Of a stretch of 64,000 bases of DNA, positions 36,214-46,581 are shown piece by piece. Origin of the DNA: Candidatus Methylomirabilota bacterium (GTDB lineage Bacteria > Methylomirabilota > Methylomirabilia > Rokubacteriales > CSP1-6); the NCBI GenBank assembly GCA_035281625.1, contig DATEDO010000024.1, positions 266 through 64,265 on the forward strand, in the 5' to 3' direction. Position 1 is the first letter of the stretch. Every line of letters begins with the position of its first letter. The notes beneath the pieces are model-generated. The model worked only from the letters and a program-made list of their open reading frames with translations, ran no database searches and was not told the origin of the DNA. Position numbers and translations under genes: made by a program.

Positions 36214-37011
36214 GTGCTCATCTACAAGGCGACCGAGCTCGTCAACTTCGCCCAGGGCGACCTCCTCATGCTGGGCGCCTTCGTGTGCTACATGTTCGTG
36301 GTCTGGTACGGGGTGGGGTACTGGGTGGCCTTCGCGCTCGCCATCTGCCTCGTCGGCCTCTTCGGAGCGGCCCTGGACGCCACCGTGCTCCGGCGGGTGA
36401 TCGGCCAGCCCCAGTTCGCGGTGGTGATGCTGACCATCGGCCTCGGCGCCATGTTCCGGAGCTTCGCCTCCATCACGTGGGGCTCGGAGATCTACACCCT
36501 GCCCACGCCGTTCAGCGCGCAGACGACGCGCCTGGCCGGCGTGAGCGTGAGTCACGAGTACGTGTCCATCATCGTGGGCACGGTGGTGCTGTGTGGCGCG
36601 CTCTACGCCTTCTTCACCTACTCGAGGGTGGGCGTGGCCATGCAGGCCGCCTCGCAGAATCAGCTTGCTGCGTACTACATGGGCATCCCGGTGAAGCGGA
36701 TGTTCTCCCTGATCTGGGCCATCTCGGCGGCGGTGGCGGCCATCGCGGGCGTCCTGCTCGCGCCGGTGTCGCTGATCGACATCAACCTGGGCTTCATCGG
36801 CCTCAAGGCCTTCGCCGCCGCGGTGCTGGGCGGCTTCGGCTCCATCCCGGGGGCGCTGGTGGGCGGTATCACCATCGGGCTGATCGAGCTCTTCTCGGGC
36901 GCCTATCTGCCGCTGGGATTCAAGGACGTGGCGGCCTACATCGTGCTGCTCCTGGTGCTGGCCGTCCGTCCCCAGGGCATTTTCGGCACGGTCGGTCGGA
37001 AGAAGGTCTGA
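36214..37011 (+). CDS. livH: branched-chain amino acid-type ABC permease (LivH-like); true 5' end probably upstream
   Basis: GTG 36214 is the first canonical in-frame start. LivH-like sequence (FLDTILQLALNGVAVGCIYGLVALGF) continues upstream in the same frame to about 36127 with no ATG/GTG/TTG there; see findings. Confidence 0.85.
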   Translation: MLIYKATELVNFAQGDLLMLGAFVCYMFVVWYGVGYWVAFALAICLVGLFGAALDATVLRRVIGQPQFAVVMLTIGLGAMFRSFASITWGSEIYTLPTPFSAQTTRLAGVSVSHEYVSIIVGTVVLCGALYAFFTYSRVGVAMQAASQNQLAAYYMGIPVKRMFSLIWAISAAVAAIAGVLLAPVSLIDINLGFIGLKAFAAAVLGGFGSIPGALVGGITIGLIELFSGAYLPLGFKDVAAYIVLLLVLAVRPQGIFGTVGRKKV

Positions 37012-37015
37012 GCGC

Positions 37016-38158
37016 GTGCGGGTGCCCTTCAAGACCACCTACGATCAGGATCTGGGGCTGTTCCGCGACCCGGTGCAGCGCCGGTGGTACGCGGCGCTCC
37101 TGGCCGGCGTGATCCTGCTGCCGTGGGCGGTGCCCGCCTTCCTCACGGACATCAGCCTGGTCTTCATCTACGGCCTGTCCGGCATCTCGCTGATGGTGCT
37201 CGCGGGGTACACGGGGCTGGTGAGCCTGGGCCACGCCGCCTTCCTCGGCGTCGGCGCCTACGCCCACGTCTACTTCCTCGAGGACCTGGGGCTCCCCTGG
37301 ATCCTCTCGGTGGCGCTGGCCTCGCTCCTCACCGCGGCCGCCGGCGTGCTGGTGGGCCTGCCCGCGCTGCGCATGACCGGGGTGTACCTCACCATCGCCA
37401 CGCTCGCCTTCGCGCTGATCATCCAGGAGGTGTTCGCGCGCTGGGAGCACGTGACGCACGGGCTCAAGGGCCGGCCGGTGGACAAGCCCGTCATCTTCGG
37501 CGTCTCGCTGGCGTCGGACACCGCTTTCTACTTCCTGTGCCTGGCCGTGCTGATCCTTTGCCTGTGGATCACCGCGAATGTGCTCCGCGCGCCCACCGGA
37601 CGCGCCTGGGTGGCCATTCGCGACAGCGAGATCGCCGCGCAGTCCATGGGCGTGCACCTGGCGCGCTACAAGACCCTGGCCTTCGCCTACTCGGCGGGCC
37701 TCATGGGCGCGGCGGGCGCGCTCTTCGCGCACAAGATCGGCTTCCTCGCGCCCGACATCTTCACCGTGCTCCTCTCCATCCAGTTCCTCTTGATGGTCGT
37801 GGTGGGAGGGCTCGGCAGCCTCCACGGCGCGCTCTACGGCGCGGTGTTCGTGGCGCTGCTCCCGGTGCTGATCTCGGAGGCGCGCGACAACGTCCCGCAG
37901 TGGGCGGGCCATGCCGCCGCCGCGTTCGGCAAGGACGCGGGCAATGCCGTCTACCTCGTCATCGACCGCTTCGTGAAGCAGCCGGGGCTCGAGCCGGGCA
38001 TCTTCGGATTCATCCTCGTGCTCTTCATCCTCTTCGAGCCCCTGGGCATCTACGGGCGATGGCGGAAGCTCCAGGTGTTCTTCAGCACGTTCCCGCTCTA
38101 CAAGCGCGCCACCTTCCGGCGCCAGAAGACCTATACGCGCTCGGAGCGGCTCCGATGA
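37016..38158 (+). CDS. livM: branched-chain amino acid-type ABC permease (LivM-like)
   Basis: GTG 37016. Polytopic. LivM core GYTGLVSLGHAAFLGVGAY. Stop overlaps the livG start (ATGA). Confidence 0.9.
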   Translation: MRVPFKTTYDQDLGLFRDPVQRRWYAALLAGVILLPWAVPAFLTDISLVFIYGLSGISLMVLAGYTGLVSLGHAAFLGVGAYAHVYFLEDLGLPWILSVALASLLTAAAGVLVGLPALRMTGVYLTIATLAFALIIQEVFARWEHVTHGLKGRPVDKPVIFGVSLASDTAFYFLCLAVLILCLWITANVLRAPTGRAWVAIRDSEIAAQSMGVHLARYKTLAFAYSAGLMGAAGALFAHKIGFLAPDIFTVLLSIQFLLMVVVGGLGSLHGALYGAVFVALLPVLISEARDNVPQWAGHAAAAFGKDAGNAVYLVIDRFVKQPGLEPGIFGFILVLFILFEPLGIYGRWRKLQVFFSTFPLYKRATFRRQKTYTRSERLR

Positions 38159-38913
38159 GCTTCTTCGCGGCCGACGGGCTCGTGATGAACTTCGGCGGCA
38201 TCCGCGCGGTGGACGACGTGAGCTTCGAGGTCACGCCCGGCGAGGTGTTCACGATCATCGGACCCAACGGGGCGGGCAAGACCACCATCTTCAACTTGAT
38301 CTCCCGCATCTACGACCCGACACAGGGGCGCCTGCTCTTCAAGGGCGAGGACATCACGGAGGTGGCCCCCCACGAGATCGCCCGCCGGGGCATCGCCCGG
38401 ACGTTCCAGAACATCGAGCTGTTCGAGCATGCGACCGTGCTCGACAACCTGCTCCTGGGCCGGCACGCGCACGCCCGGCCGCACTTCGGGCAGGAGCTCT
38501 TCTTCCTCCCGTCGGTGCGGGCGCGCGAACGCGCCCATCGCGAGGCGGCGGAGAAGGTCATCGACTTCCTGGATCTCCAGCCCTACCGCGAGAGCCTGGT
38601 GGTGAATCTTCCCTACGGCGTCCGGAAGGTCGTAGAGCTGGGCCGGGCCCTCTGCACCGAGCCGACCCTCTTGCTCCTCGACGAGCCATCGTCCGGGCTC
38701 AGCGTGGAGGAGACGGCGGACATGGCATTCTGGATCCAGGACATTCGCACCCTCCTCGGCATCACCGTGCTGATGGTCGAGCACGACATGAGCCTGGTGG
38801 GCGCGGTGTCCGATCGCGTGCTCGCGCTCAACTACGGCCGCGTCGTCGCATGCGGGACGTGCCAGGAGGTGCAGTCGCATCCCGACGTCATCAAGGCCTA
38901 TCTCGGGGGCTGA
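38155..38913 (+). CDS. livG: ABC transporter ATP-binding protein LivG-like
   Basis: ATG 38155. Walker A GPNGAGKTT, LivG-type signature LPYGVRKVVELGRAL, Walker B LLLLDEP, H-loop VEHDM. Confidence 0.92.
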   Translation: MSFFAADGLVMNFGGIRAVDDVSFEVTPGEVFTIIGPNGAGKTTIFNLISRIYDPTQGRLLFKGEDITEVAPHEIARRGIARTFQNIELFEHATVLDNLLLGRHAHARPHFGQELFFLPSVRARERAHREAAEKVIDFLDLQPYRESLVVNLPYGVRKVVELGRALCTEPTLLLLDEPSSGLSVEETADMAFWIQDIRTLLGITVLMVEHDMSLVGAVSDRVLALNYGRVVACGTCQEVQSHPDVIKAYLGG

Positions 38914-38914
38914 C

Positions 38915-39678
<764 letters not shown>

Positions 39679-39688
<10 letters not shown>

Positions 39689-41547
39689 CCATCGAGCCCG
39701 ACCGGGCCACCGCCCCCGGGGCGCCCGCCCTCGTCCACGGGCAGGACACCCTCCCGCGCCTGTTCCGCCACGTGGTGCGCGAGCGCGGCGACCGGGTGGC
39801 GATGCGGGAGAAGCACCTGGGCATCTGGCGCGGCATCTCCTGGCGCGAGTACGGGGAGCGCGCCAAGGGCGTGGGCCTGGGGCTGGTGGCCCTCGGCCTC
39901 CGGCCTCGAGACGTCGTGTCGATCGTGGCCGACAACATGCCGGAGTGGCTCTACACCGACCTCGGGGTCATGTCGGTGGCGGGCGTGCCCAACGGCATCT
40001 ACACCACCGACTCCGCCAAGCAGATCGAGTACATCCTCAACGACAGCGGCACGCGGTTCTTCTTCGCGGAGAACGAAGAGCAGCTCGACAAGATCCTGGA
40101 GGTGCGCGGCCGGTGTCCCGGGCTCGTGAAGATCATCGTCTACGACATGGAGGGCCTCCACGGCTTCCGGGACGAGCAGGTGATGTCCTTCGAGGAGCTG
40201 CTGGCCCTGGGCGCGCGCTACGACCGGGAGCACCCGGGCGCCTTCGATCGGATGGTCGAGATCGCCCGGCCCGAGGACCTCGCCATCCTCGTTTACACGT
40301 CGGGCACCACCGGGCCGCCCAAGGGCGCCATGCTGAGCCACCGGAACATCCTGTTCCAGCTGGCCTACGCCGACTTCATCACGCCCCTGCGGGAGGGCGA
40401 CCAGCAGCTCTCGTTCCTCCCCCTCTGCCATGTCGCCGAGCGCACGTTCACGGTGTTCAACCCCCTCTACACGGGCGCCACAGTGAACTTTGCCGAGAGC
40501 ATCGACACGGTCTCCGAGAACATCCGCGAGGTGGCGCCGGCGCTCTTCTTCGCGGTGCCGCGCATCTGGGAGAAGTTCTACTCGGGCGTGGCCCTCCGCA
40601 TGCGCGACGCCACCTGGCTGGGCCGGACCACGTACGGGCTCGCCATGAAGGTCGGCTTCGCCATCGCCGACCGCCGCATCGCGGGGCGAAAGCCTTCGCT
40701 CTGGCAAGGGCTGGCGTTCCGCGTCGCCGACTTCCTCGTGCTCGACAACGTGAAGCGCTCCATCGGGCTCCACCGCGCGCGGGGCGCCGCCACCGGCGCC
40801 GCGCCCATCGCGCCCGACCTGATCCGCTGGTACCTGGCCCTGGGCATCAACCTGATCGAGGTCTACGGCCAGACCGAGAACACCGGTCTCGCCACCGCGA
40901 TGCCGCCGGATCGCATGAAGCTCGGCTCGGTGGGAGTGGCGCGCCCCGGCACCGAGGTGCGCCTCTCGCCCGATGGCGAGATCCTCCTGAAGGGCCCTCA
41001 CGTCTTCATGGGCTACTACGGCAAGCCGGAGAAGACGGCGGAGACCATCGTGGACGGATGGCTCCACACGGGCGACGTCGGCACCATGGACGGCGATGGG
41101 TACGTGCGCATCACCGACCGCATGAAGGACATCATCATCACCGCGGGCGGGAAGAACGTCACGCCGTCCGAGATCGAGAATCAGCTCAAGTTCTCCCCCT
41201 ACATCTCCGACGCGGTGGTGATCGGCGACCGGCGCAAGTTCCTCTCCTGCCTGGTCATGATCGACCACGAGACGGTCGCGCAGTACGCGCAGGAGCGGAA
41301 TGTCCCATTCAGCAACTTCGCGTCGCTGTGCCGGGCCGCGGAAGTGCAGGAGCTGATCCGGGGTGAGATCGAGCGGGTGAACAAGCAGCTGGCCAGGGTG
41401 GAGACCATCAAGACGTTCCGGCTCATCGAGCAGCTCCTCACCCCGGAGGACGAGGAGCTCACGCCCACCATGAAGCTGAAGCGCGCGTACGTCAACGTGA
41501 AGTACAAGGACCTGATCGACGGCATGTACGAAAGGAGCGAGGCATGA
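39679..41547 (+). CDS. AMP-dependent synthetase/ligase (long-chain acyl-CoA synthetase-like)
   Basis: AMP-binding motif YTSGTTGPPKGAM, GYYGKPEKTAE, GWLHTGDVG, and TPTMKLKR at the C-terminus. Overlaps livF by 10 nt. Confidence 0.92.
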
Positions 41548-42719
41548 AGCGACTACTGGCAGTCAGCGTGCTGGCCGCCGCGGTGGCGGTTGCCGGTGTG
41601 GCGACCGCGCAGAAGGAGACACGCGGGGTCACCAAGACCGAGATCGTGCTCGGCATGCACACCGATCTCTCCGGCCCCGCCGCCACCTACGGCGTCTCCT
41701 CCTCGAACGCGGTGAAGATGCGCTTCGACGAGGCCAACGAGGCGGGCGGCATTCACGGGAGAAAGATCCGCTTGGTGGTCGAGGACACGCAGTACCAGGT
41801 GCCGCGGGCGGTGCAGGCGGGCGCGAAGCTCATCAACCGCGACCGCATCTTCGCGATGGTGGCGGGGCTCGGCACCCCGATGAACAATGCGCTGTTCAAG
41901 GACCAGTTCGACGCGGGTGTGCCGAACCTCTTCCCCCTCTCGGCGGCCCGCTCGATGTACGAGCCGTTCCACAAGCTGAAGTTCTACGGGGCGGCCAGCT
42001 ACGTGGACCAGGTCCGCGCCGGGATCAACTATTTCGTCACGAAGAAGAGCAAGAAGGCCCTCTGCGTGATGTACCAGGACACCGACTTCGGCAAGGAGGT
42101 CCTGGACGGCGTGCAGGTGCAGGCCGAGAAGATGAAGCTCAAGATCGCCGAGACCACCGCGCACAAGCCCACCGACCAGGACTTCACCGCCCAGATCACC
42201 AAGCTCAAGGCGGCCAATTGCGACCTGGTGGTGCTGGGCACCATCGTCCGTGACTCGATCGTCCCGTACGCCACCGCCCGCAAGATGGGATGGACGGACG
42301 TGGACTTCCTCGGCTCGGCGGCGTCCTACGACCTCTTCGTGGCCGCGGCGCAGGGCGGGGTCACCGAGGGCTTCTACGCGATGGGCCTCACCGCCATGCC
42401 CTACCGCGACACGCTCTCGCCCCCGGCGCAGGCGTGGTTCGACCGCTACAAGGAGCGCTACAAGGTCGATCCCAACATCGGGGCGATCTACGGGCACGTG
42501 GCCGCGGATCTCACCGTGACCGCGATCGAGAAGACGGGCCCCGAGCTGACCACCGAGAACTTCGTGAAGGCCCTGGAATCGATCAAGAGCTACAAGGACA
42601 TCTTCGGCGGGCCCGAGGCCAGCTTCGGCCCCGACAAGCATCAGGGCGCCAACTCCTCGTTCCTCGCCCAGGTCAAGGGCGGGCGCTGGGTGCGCCTGAC
42701 CGATCCGCTCGGCTTCTAG
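41544..42719 (+). CDS. Leu/Ile/Val-binding-protein-family substrate-binding protein
   Basis: ATGA overlap with the ligase stop. Sec signal MKRLLAVSVLAAAVAVAGVATAQ. 391 aa. Confidence 0.9.
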   Translation: MKRLLAVSVLAAAVAVAGVATAQKETRGVTKTEIVLGMHTDLSGPAATYGVSSSNAVKMRFDEANEAGGIHGRKIRLVVEDTQYQVPRAVQAGAKLINRDRIFAMVAGLGTPMNNALFKDQFDAGVPNLFPLSAARSMYEPFHKLKFYGAASYVDQVRAGINYFVTKKSKKALCVMYQDTDFGKEVLDGVQVQAEKMKLKIAETTAHKPTDQDFTAQITKLKAANCDLVVLGTIVRDSIVPYATARKMGWTDVDFLGSAASYDLFVAAAQGGVTEGFYAMGLTAMPYRDTLSPPAQAWFDRYKERYKVDPNIGAIYGHVAADLTVTAIEKTGPELTTENFVKALESIKSYKDIFGGPEASFGPDKHQGANSSFLAQVKGGRWVRLTDPLGF

Positions 42720-42732
42720 TCCGCAGCCTCAC

Positions 42733-42773
42733 GCCGGTGGCCGGCGCACCCTCAGGGTGCGCCGGCCACCGGC
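42733..42773 (+). terminator. stem-loop ending the liv-ligase-SBP operon (putative intrinsic terminator)
   Basis: Perfect 19-bp inverted repeat GCCGGTGGCCGGCGCACCC / GGGTGCGCCGGCCACCGGC with loop TCA, 14 nt after stop 42719. No U-tract. Confidence 0.7.
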
Positions 42774-42941
42774 TCGCTACGTTGCATGCGAGTTCCACGC
42801 AGTCACCGAGCCACGCTAATGGAGTATTCTCGTGCCGGGGGAGAAGCGCCAGGCGATGCTATCAAGTCCCCGCTCGTCAGATCCACGCCGCTACCCAGCC
42901 CGGGCATTGCCGCCGGATCCGCATGCGCATCAGGTAGCGAA

Positions 42942-43466
42942 GTGCTGACGCGTCGCGCGTTCCTCGCGGGCATGCTCTCCCCCGCTCTCGCTCCGCCACT
43001 GGTCGCCAGTGCGCAGGAGTCCGGCAAAGTGCCCCGCATTGGCTTCTTCGGCCCACGTGGAGAGCTCGTCCAGTCGTTTCAGCAAGGGCTTCGAGATCTC
43101 GGGTACACCGAAGGACATAACATCACGATCGAATATCGGTGGACGGACGTGATCTCCGACGACCCTCGACAGCTCGACGTCCTGGCCGCCGACTTGGTCC
43201 GCCTCAGGGTCGATGTCCTGGTTGCCTCCGTGACACAGGTCATCGCGGCCGCCAGACGCGCGACGACCACAATCCCGATCGTCATGGCGAATGCCGGTGA
43301 TCCGGTCGCGAGTGGTTTCGTCCTTCACCTCGCCCGACCCGGCGGCAATGTCACGGGTGTCTCACGTCTCACGCCGGACGTGATAGGCAAGCAATTGGAG
43401 CTGTTGGCTGCCGCCGTGGCTGGAGGCGTGCGCCTCCTGCTGCAGGCAACCACGGTCATCGAGTGA
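42942..43466 (+). pseudogene. remnant of an ABC_sub_bind-type (PF04392-like) substrate-binding protein gene with a large internal deletion
   Basis: Tat-like leader TRRAFLAG and an N-terminal lobe colinear with the family (PRIGFF, GYTEGHNITIEYRW, TTTIPIVMANAGDPV, ARPGGNVTGVS, GKQLELL). It then jumps directly to the family's usual C-terminal ending (LLLQATTVIE versus ...LLxRADEVIE). About 175 aa instead of about 320. Start uncertain (ATG 42786/42819 also in frame). Confidence 0.55.
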
Positions 43467-43522
43467 CGACACCGTGTCGGTATGGTCGCTGCGTGATGGA
43501 GCGCGGCAATAGGGCGTTGAGC

Positions 43523-45229
43523 CTACGCCTTGTCGCTCTTCTCGATCTTGGCCCAGGTGTCCCGCAGGCCGACGGTGCGGTTGAACACTAACCCGCCCCC
43601 ACGCGAGTCCGGATCCACCGTGAAGTAGCCCACGCGCTCGAACTGGAAGCGGCTCCCGGGCGTGGCGCCGGCCAGGCCCGGCTCGACCTTGGCGTCGGCG
43701 ATGCGCTCGAGCGAGCCCGGGTTCAGATGCGCCTTCCAATCGAGGCCGTCCTTGTCGTCGGACGGGTTGGCCTTGCTGAAGAGATGGTCGTAGAGGCGCA
43801 CCTCGGCGGGGATCGCGTGCTGAGCGGAGACCCAATGGATGGTGCCCTTCACGCGCCGGCCGTCGGGGGCGTCGCCGCCGCGGGTGGCGGGATCGTAGGT
43901 GCAGCGCACCTCGATGATCCGGCCGCTCGCGTCCTTGGTCACGCCGGTGCAGCGCACGAAGTAGCCGTAGCGGAGGCGCACCTCCGCGCCCGGCGAGAGG
44001 CGGAAGTACTTCTTGGGCGGATCCTCGCGGAAGTCGTCCTGCTCGATGTAGAGCACCCGTGAGAAGGGGAGCGTCCGCGTCCCCGCGGCAGGATCCTCGG
44101 GATTGTTCACCGCCTCCAGCTCCTCGACCCGCCCCTCGGGGTAGTTCTCGATGACGAGGCGCAAGGGGCGCAGCACCGCCATCACGCGGCTGGCGCGGCG
44201 GTTCAGATCCTCGCGGATGCAGTGCTCGAGGAGGGCCATGTCCACCATGCTGTCGGCCTTGGCCACCCCGATGCGGTCGCAGAAGTCGCGGATGGCCTCG
44301 GGCGTGTAGCCGCGGCGGCGAAGCCCCGCGATGGTCGGCATGCGCGGGTCGTCCCAGCCCGAGACGTGCCGGCCCTCCACCAGCTCGAGCAGCCGCCGCT
44401 TGCTCATCACGGTGTGGGAGAGGTTGAGCCGCGCGAACTCGATCTGCTGGGGGTGATAGACGCCGACGGCCTCGATGTACCAGTCGTAGAGGGGGCGGTG
44501 GTCCTCGTACTCCAGCGTGCAGATCGAATGCGTGATGCGCTCGATGGAGTCCGAGAGGCCGTGCGCCCAGTCGTACATGGGGTAGATGCACCAGCGGCTC
44601 TCGGTGCGGTGATGGGGCGCGCGGCGGATCCGGTACATGACGGGATCGCGCATGTTCACGTTGGGCGAGGCCATGTCGATCCTGGCGCGGAGCGTCTTCG
44701 TGCCGTCCTCGAACTCGCCCGCGCGCATGCGGCGGAAGAGGTCGAGGTTCTCCTCCACCGAGCGGTCGCGGTAGGGACTCGGGCGCCCGGGCTCGGTGAG
44801 CGTCCCGCGGTACTCGCGCATCTGATCCGGCGTGAGGTCGTCCACGTAGGCCAGACCCTTGCGGATCAGGTCCTCCGCCCACTGATAGAGCTGCTCGAAG
44901 TAGTCGGAGGCGTAGTAGAGATGCCGGCCCCAGTCGAAGCCCAGCCAGTGCACGTCGGCCATGATCGACTCCACGTACTCCACGCTCTCCTTGGTGGGGT
45001 TGGTGTCGTCGAAGCGGAGATGGCAGGTGCCCCCGAAGTCGCGGGCGAGGCCGAAGTTCAGGCAGATGCTCTTGGCGTGGCCGATGTGGAGATAGCCGTT
45101 GGGCTCGGGGGGGAAGCGGGTGATCACGCGCCCGCCGAAGCGGCCCGTGCGGTTGTCATCCTGGACGGCCTGATGGATGAAGTGCTTGCCCGGCACGGGC
45201 GCGGACGAGCGCGTGGCGCTATCGGTCAC
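43523..45229 (-). CDS. glnS: glutamine--tRNA ligase
   Basis: Class I aaRS motifs [17 protein letters not shown] (HIGH) and VMSKRR (KMSKS-like). Full-length GlnRS pattern, 568 aa. Confidence 0.95.
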   Translation of the reverse strand: MTDSATRSSAPVPGKHFIHQAVQDDNRTGRFGGRVITRFPPEPNGYLHIGHAKSICLNFGLARDFGGTCHLRFDDTNPTKESVEYVESIMADVHWLGFDWGRHLYYASDYFEQLYQWAEDLIRKGLAYVDDLTPDQMREYRGTLTEPGRPSPYRDRSVEENLDLFRRMRAGEFEDGTKTLRARIDMASPNVNMRDPVMYRIRRAPHHRTESRWCIYPMYDWAHGLSDSIERITHSICTLEYEDHRPLYDWYIEAVGVYHPQQIEFARLNLSHTVMSKRRLLELVEGRHVSGWDDPRMPTIAGLRRRGYTPEAIRDFCDRIGVAKADSMVDMALLEHCIREDLNRRASRVMAVLRPLRLVIENYPEGRVEELEAVNNPEDPAAGTRTLPFSRVLYIEQDDFREDPPKKYFRLSPGAEVRLRYGYFVRCTGVTKDASGRIIEVRCTYDPATRGGDAPDGRRVKGTIHWVSAQHAIPAEVRLYDHLFSKANPSDDKDGLDWKAHLNPGSLERIADAKVEPGLAGATPGSRFQFERVGYFTVDPDSRGGGLVFNRTVGLRDTWAKIEKSDKA

Positions 45230-45258
45230 CGTGAGGTCCTCGGGCCAAATTCTAGCAC

Positions 45259-46512
45259 CTAGGCCGTTTGGTCAGGGAACAGGCCAGGCATCCAACGAGC
45301 GGCAAGAGTGACGGGAAGAGCGAGGCGAAGGGGGGCGCGACTGCTCTCGGATTGGAGCACTCCGTGGTCAAGAAGCACCGATACAATACGACGTGCCTGT
45401 CGATCACCAGTCCGAGCGAGCCCTGGTAGGTCGGCACGTGGTAGTTCGCCTCGATAGAGCACGGCATCGAGGATGGCGTCCGCCTTAGTGGGAAGCTGTC
45501 CAAGGCGGATCTCTTCTTCGGCCCAGAGCCGGACCCGGGCACGAAGGCGGTCGGGCTGAATGAGATCCTCCATGAAGGAAACTTGATCGAGGCAGGTCTT
45601 GAGGAAGAATTCCGTGAATGAGACGAGATTCTCTTCACTCAGATGACCTCGCCCGTCGAGGTCGTTCCGGCGGGTTTGATCGCATGCCGCCAGATGTCCT
45701 TTGTAGGCCTCGACGTTGCGCGCCAAGCCGCGGGCGACGGACCAGACCGCTCCAGTGTCCAGCGTCTCAAGCAGGGCCGCGTGTGAGAGAAGTCGGGCGA
45801 CGCGGCCATTCCCATCAAGGAACGGGTGGATCCAGAGGAGACGGTGATGCGCGGCCGCCGCCGCCATGACGGTGTCGATTGAGCCAAGATACCCATACAC
45901 CTCGTGATAGCGGTGGAGAAAGCGAGGAACGGCGCCGGGGCTGATTGCGATATGACGACCGACGCGAACATCCCGTGTGCGGAGCTGCCCGGGCACGACC
46001 TTGACGGTCTCCTTCGTGTCGGGATTGTCGACTCTGAGGAGGCTGTCGGGAAGCTCCGAGCAGAATCGCCGATGGACCTCCTGAATCGATTCGACGCCGG
46101 TCGCGCCTCCCTTGAGAGCCCCTCCATCAATCCATTGCTGGACTGCAACATGCGCCTTGGCCTCCAACTGGAGATTCCTTTTCTCGGGATCGTCGCTGTA
46201 GTCACCTCGGAGCGCGCGGTCGATGTCCACAGGATGCGTGGCATGACCCTCGATGAGATTGCTGTAGTAGCAGTTCATCGTCCGAACTAGGGTAGCCAGC
46301 GACGCGAAGAGACTTGCCGGGAGCGATCGGCGGAATCCGGAGCTCCGTTTGGCCAGTTCGAAGCTCAGATCTGGGAAGCCTGCCTTGGTCTTGACGGTTT
46401 CTCGGAGGAGAAGCGGCTCCATGAGAGCGGTCGACTCTCCTCGATCGGCCGCTCGAATGTCCGCTTCAACGTCCGGTTTTGATCTCGCCATAAAGTCATA
46501 TATATCACACAT
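45259..46512 (-). CDS. Fic family protein (class II, N-terminal inhibitory helix)
   Basis: Fic active-site motif [14 protein letters not shown]. Upstream SNLIEG fits the inhibitory [ST]xxxE[GN] motif. 417 aa. Visibly lower G+C than its neighbours. Alternative start ATG 46491. Confidence 0.9.
   Translation of the reverse strand: MCDIYDFMARSKPDVEADIRAADRGESTALMEPLLLRETVKTKAGFPDLSFELAKRSSGFRRSLPASLFASLATLVRTMNCYYSNLIEGHATHPVDIDRALRGDYSDDPEKRNLQLEAKAHVAVQQWIDGGALKGGATGVESIQEVHRRFCSELPDSLLRVDNPDTKETVKVVPGQLRTRDVRVGRHIAISPGAVPRFLHRYHEVYGYLGSIDTVMAAAAAHHRLLWIHPFLDGNGRVARLLSHAALLETLDTGAVWSVARGLARNVEAYKGHLAACDQTRRNDLDGRGHLSEENLVSFTEFFLKTCLDQVSFMEDLIQPDRLRARVRLWAEEEIRLGQLPTKADAILDAVLYRGELPRADLPGLARTGDRQARRIVSVLLDHGVLQSESSRAPLRLALPVTLAARWMPGLFPDQTA
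46457..46480. repeat. two further 12-nt units (ATGTCCGCTTCA ACGTCCGGTTTT) inside Fic codons 11-19
   Basis: 22 of 25 nt identical to 46548-46572, in the same orientation and phase. Confidence 0.6.
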
Positions 46513-46535
46513 ATATTGACTCTACATCGTTTCAT

Positions 46536-46571
46536 ATGTCGGGTCGTATGTCCGATTAAATGTCCGGTTTT
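46536..46571. repeat. three tandem 12-nt units (ATGTCGGGTCGT ATGTCCGATTAA ATGTCCGGTTTT) upstream of the Fic gene
   Basis: Read directly. On the Fic sense strand each unit ends in CGGACAT/CGACAT. The period is exactly 12 nt. Confidence 0.6.
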
Positions 46572-46581
46572 GCCCGGGGGT

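Noticed and set aside
46457-46571. Whether the short phased repeats could be a degenerate CRISPR array or minisatellite.
   Set aside because: The units are only 12 nt with no spacers, there are five copies, and no cas genes are present. This fits protein-binding iterons, not CRISPR.
42720-46581. Mobile genetic element (IS, integrative island or prophage remnant) around glnS and Fic.
   Set aside because: I could find no transposase, integrase or recombinase ORF, no terminal inverted repeats, no flanking direct repeats and no tRNA. Only the compositional shift and gene decay are visible.
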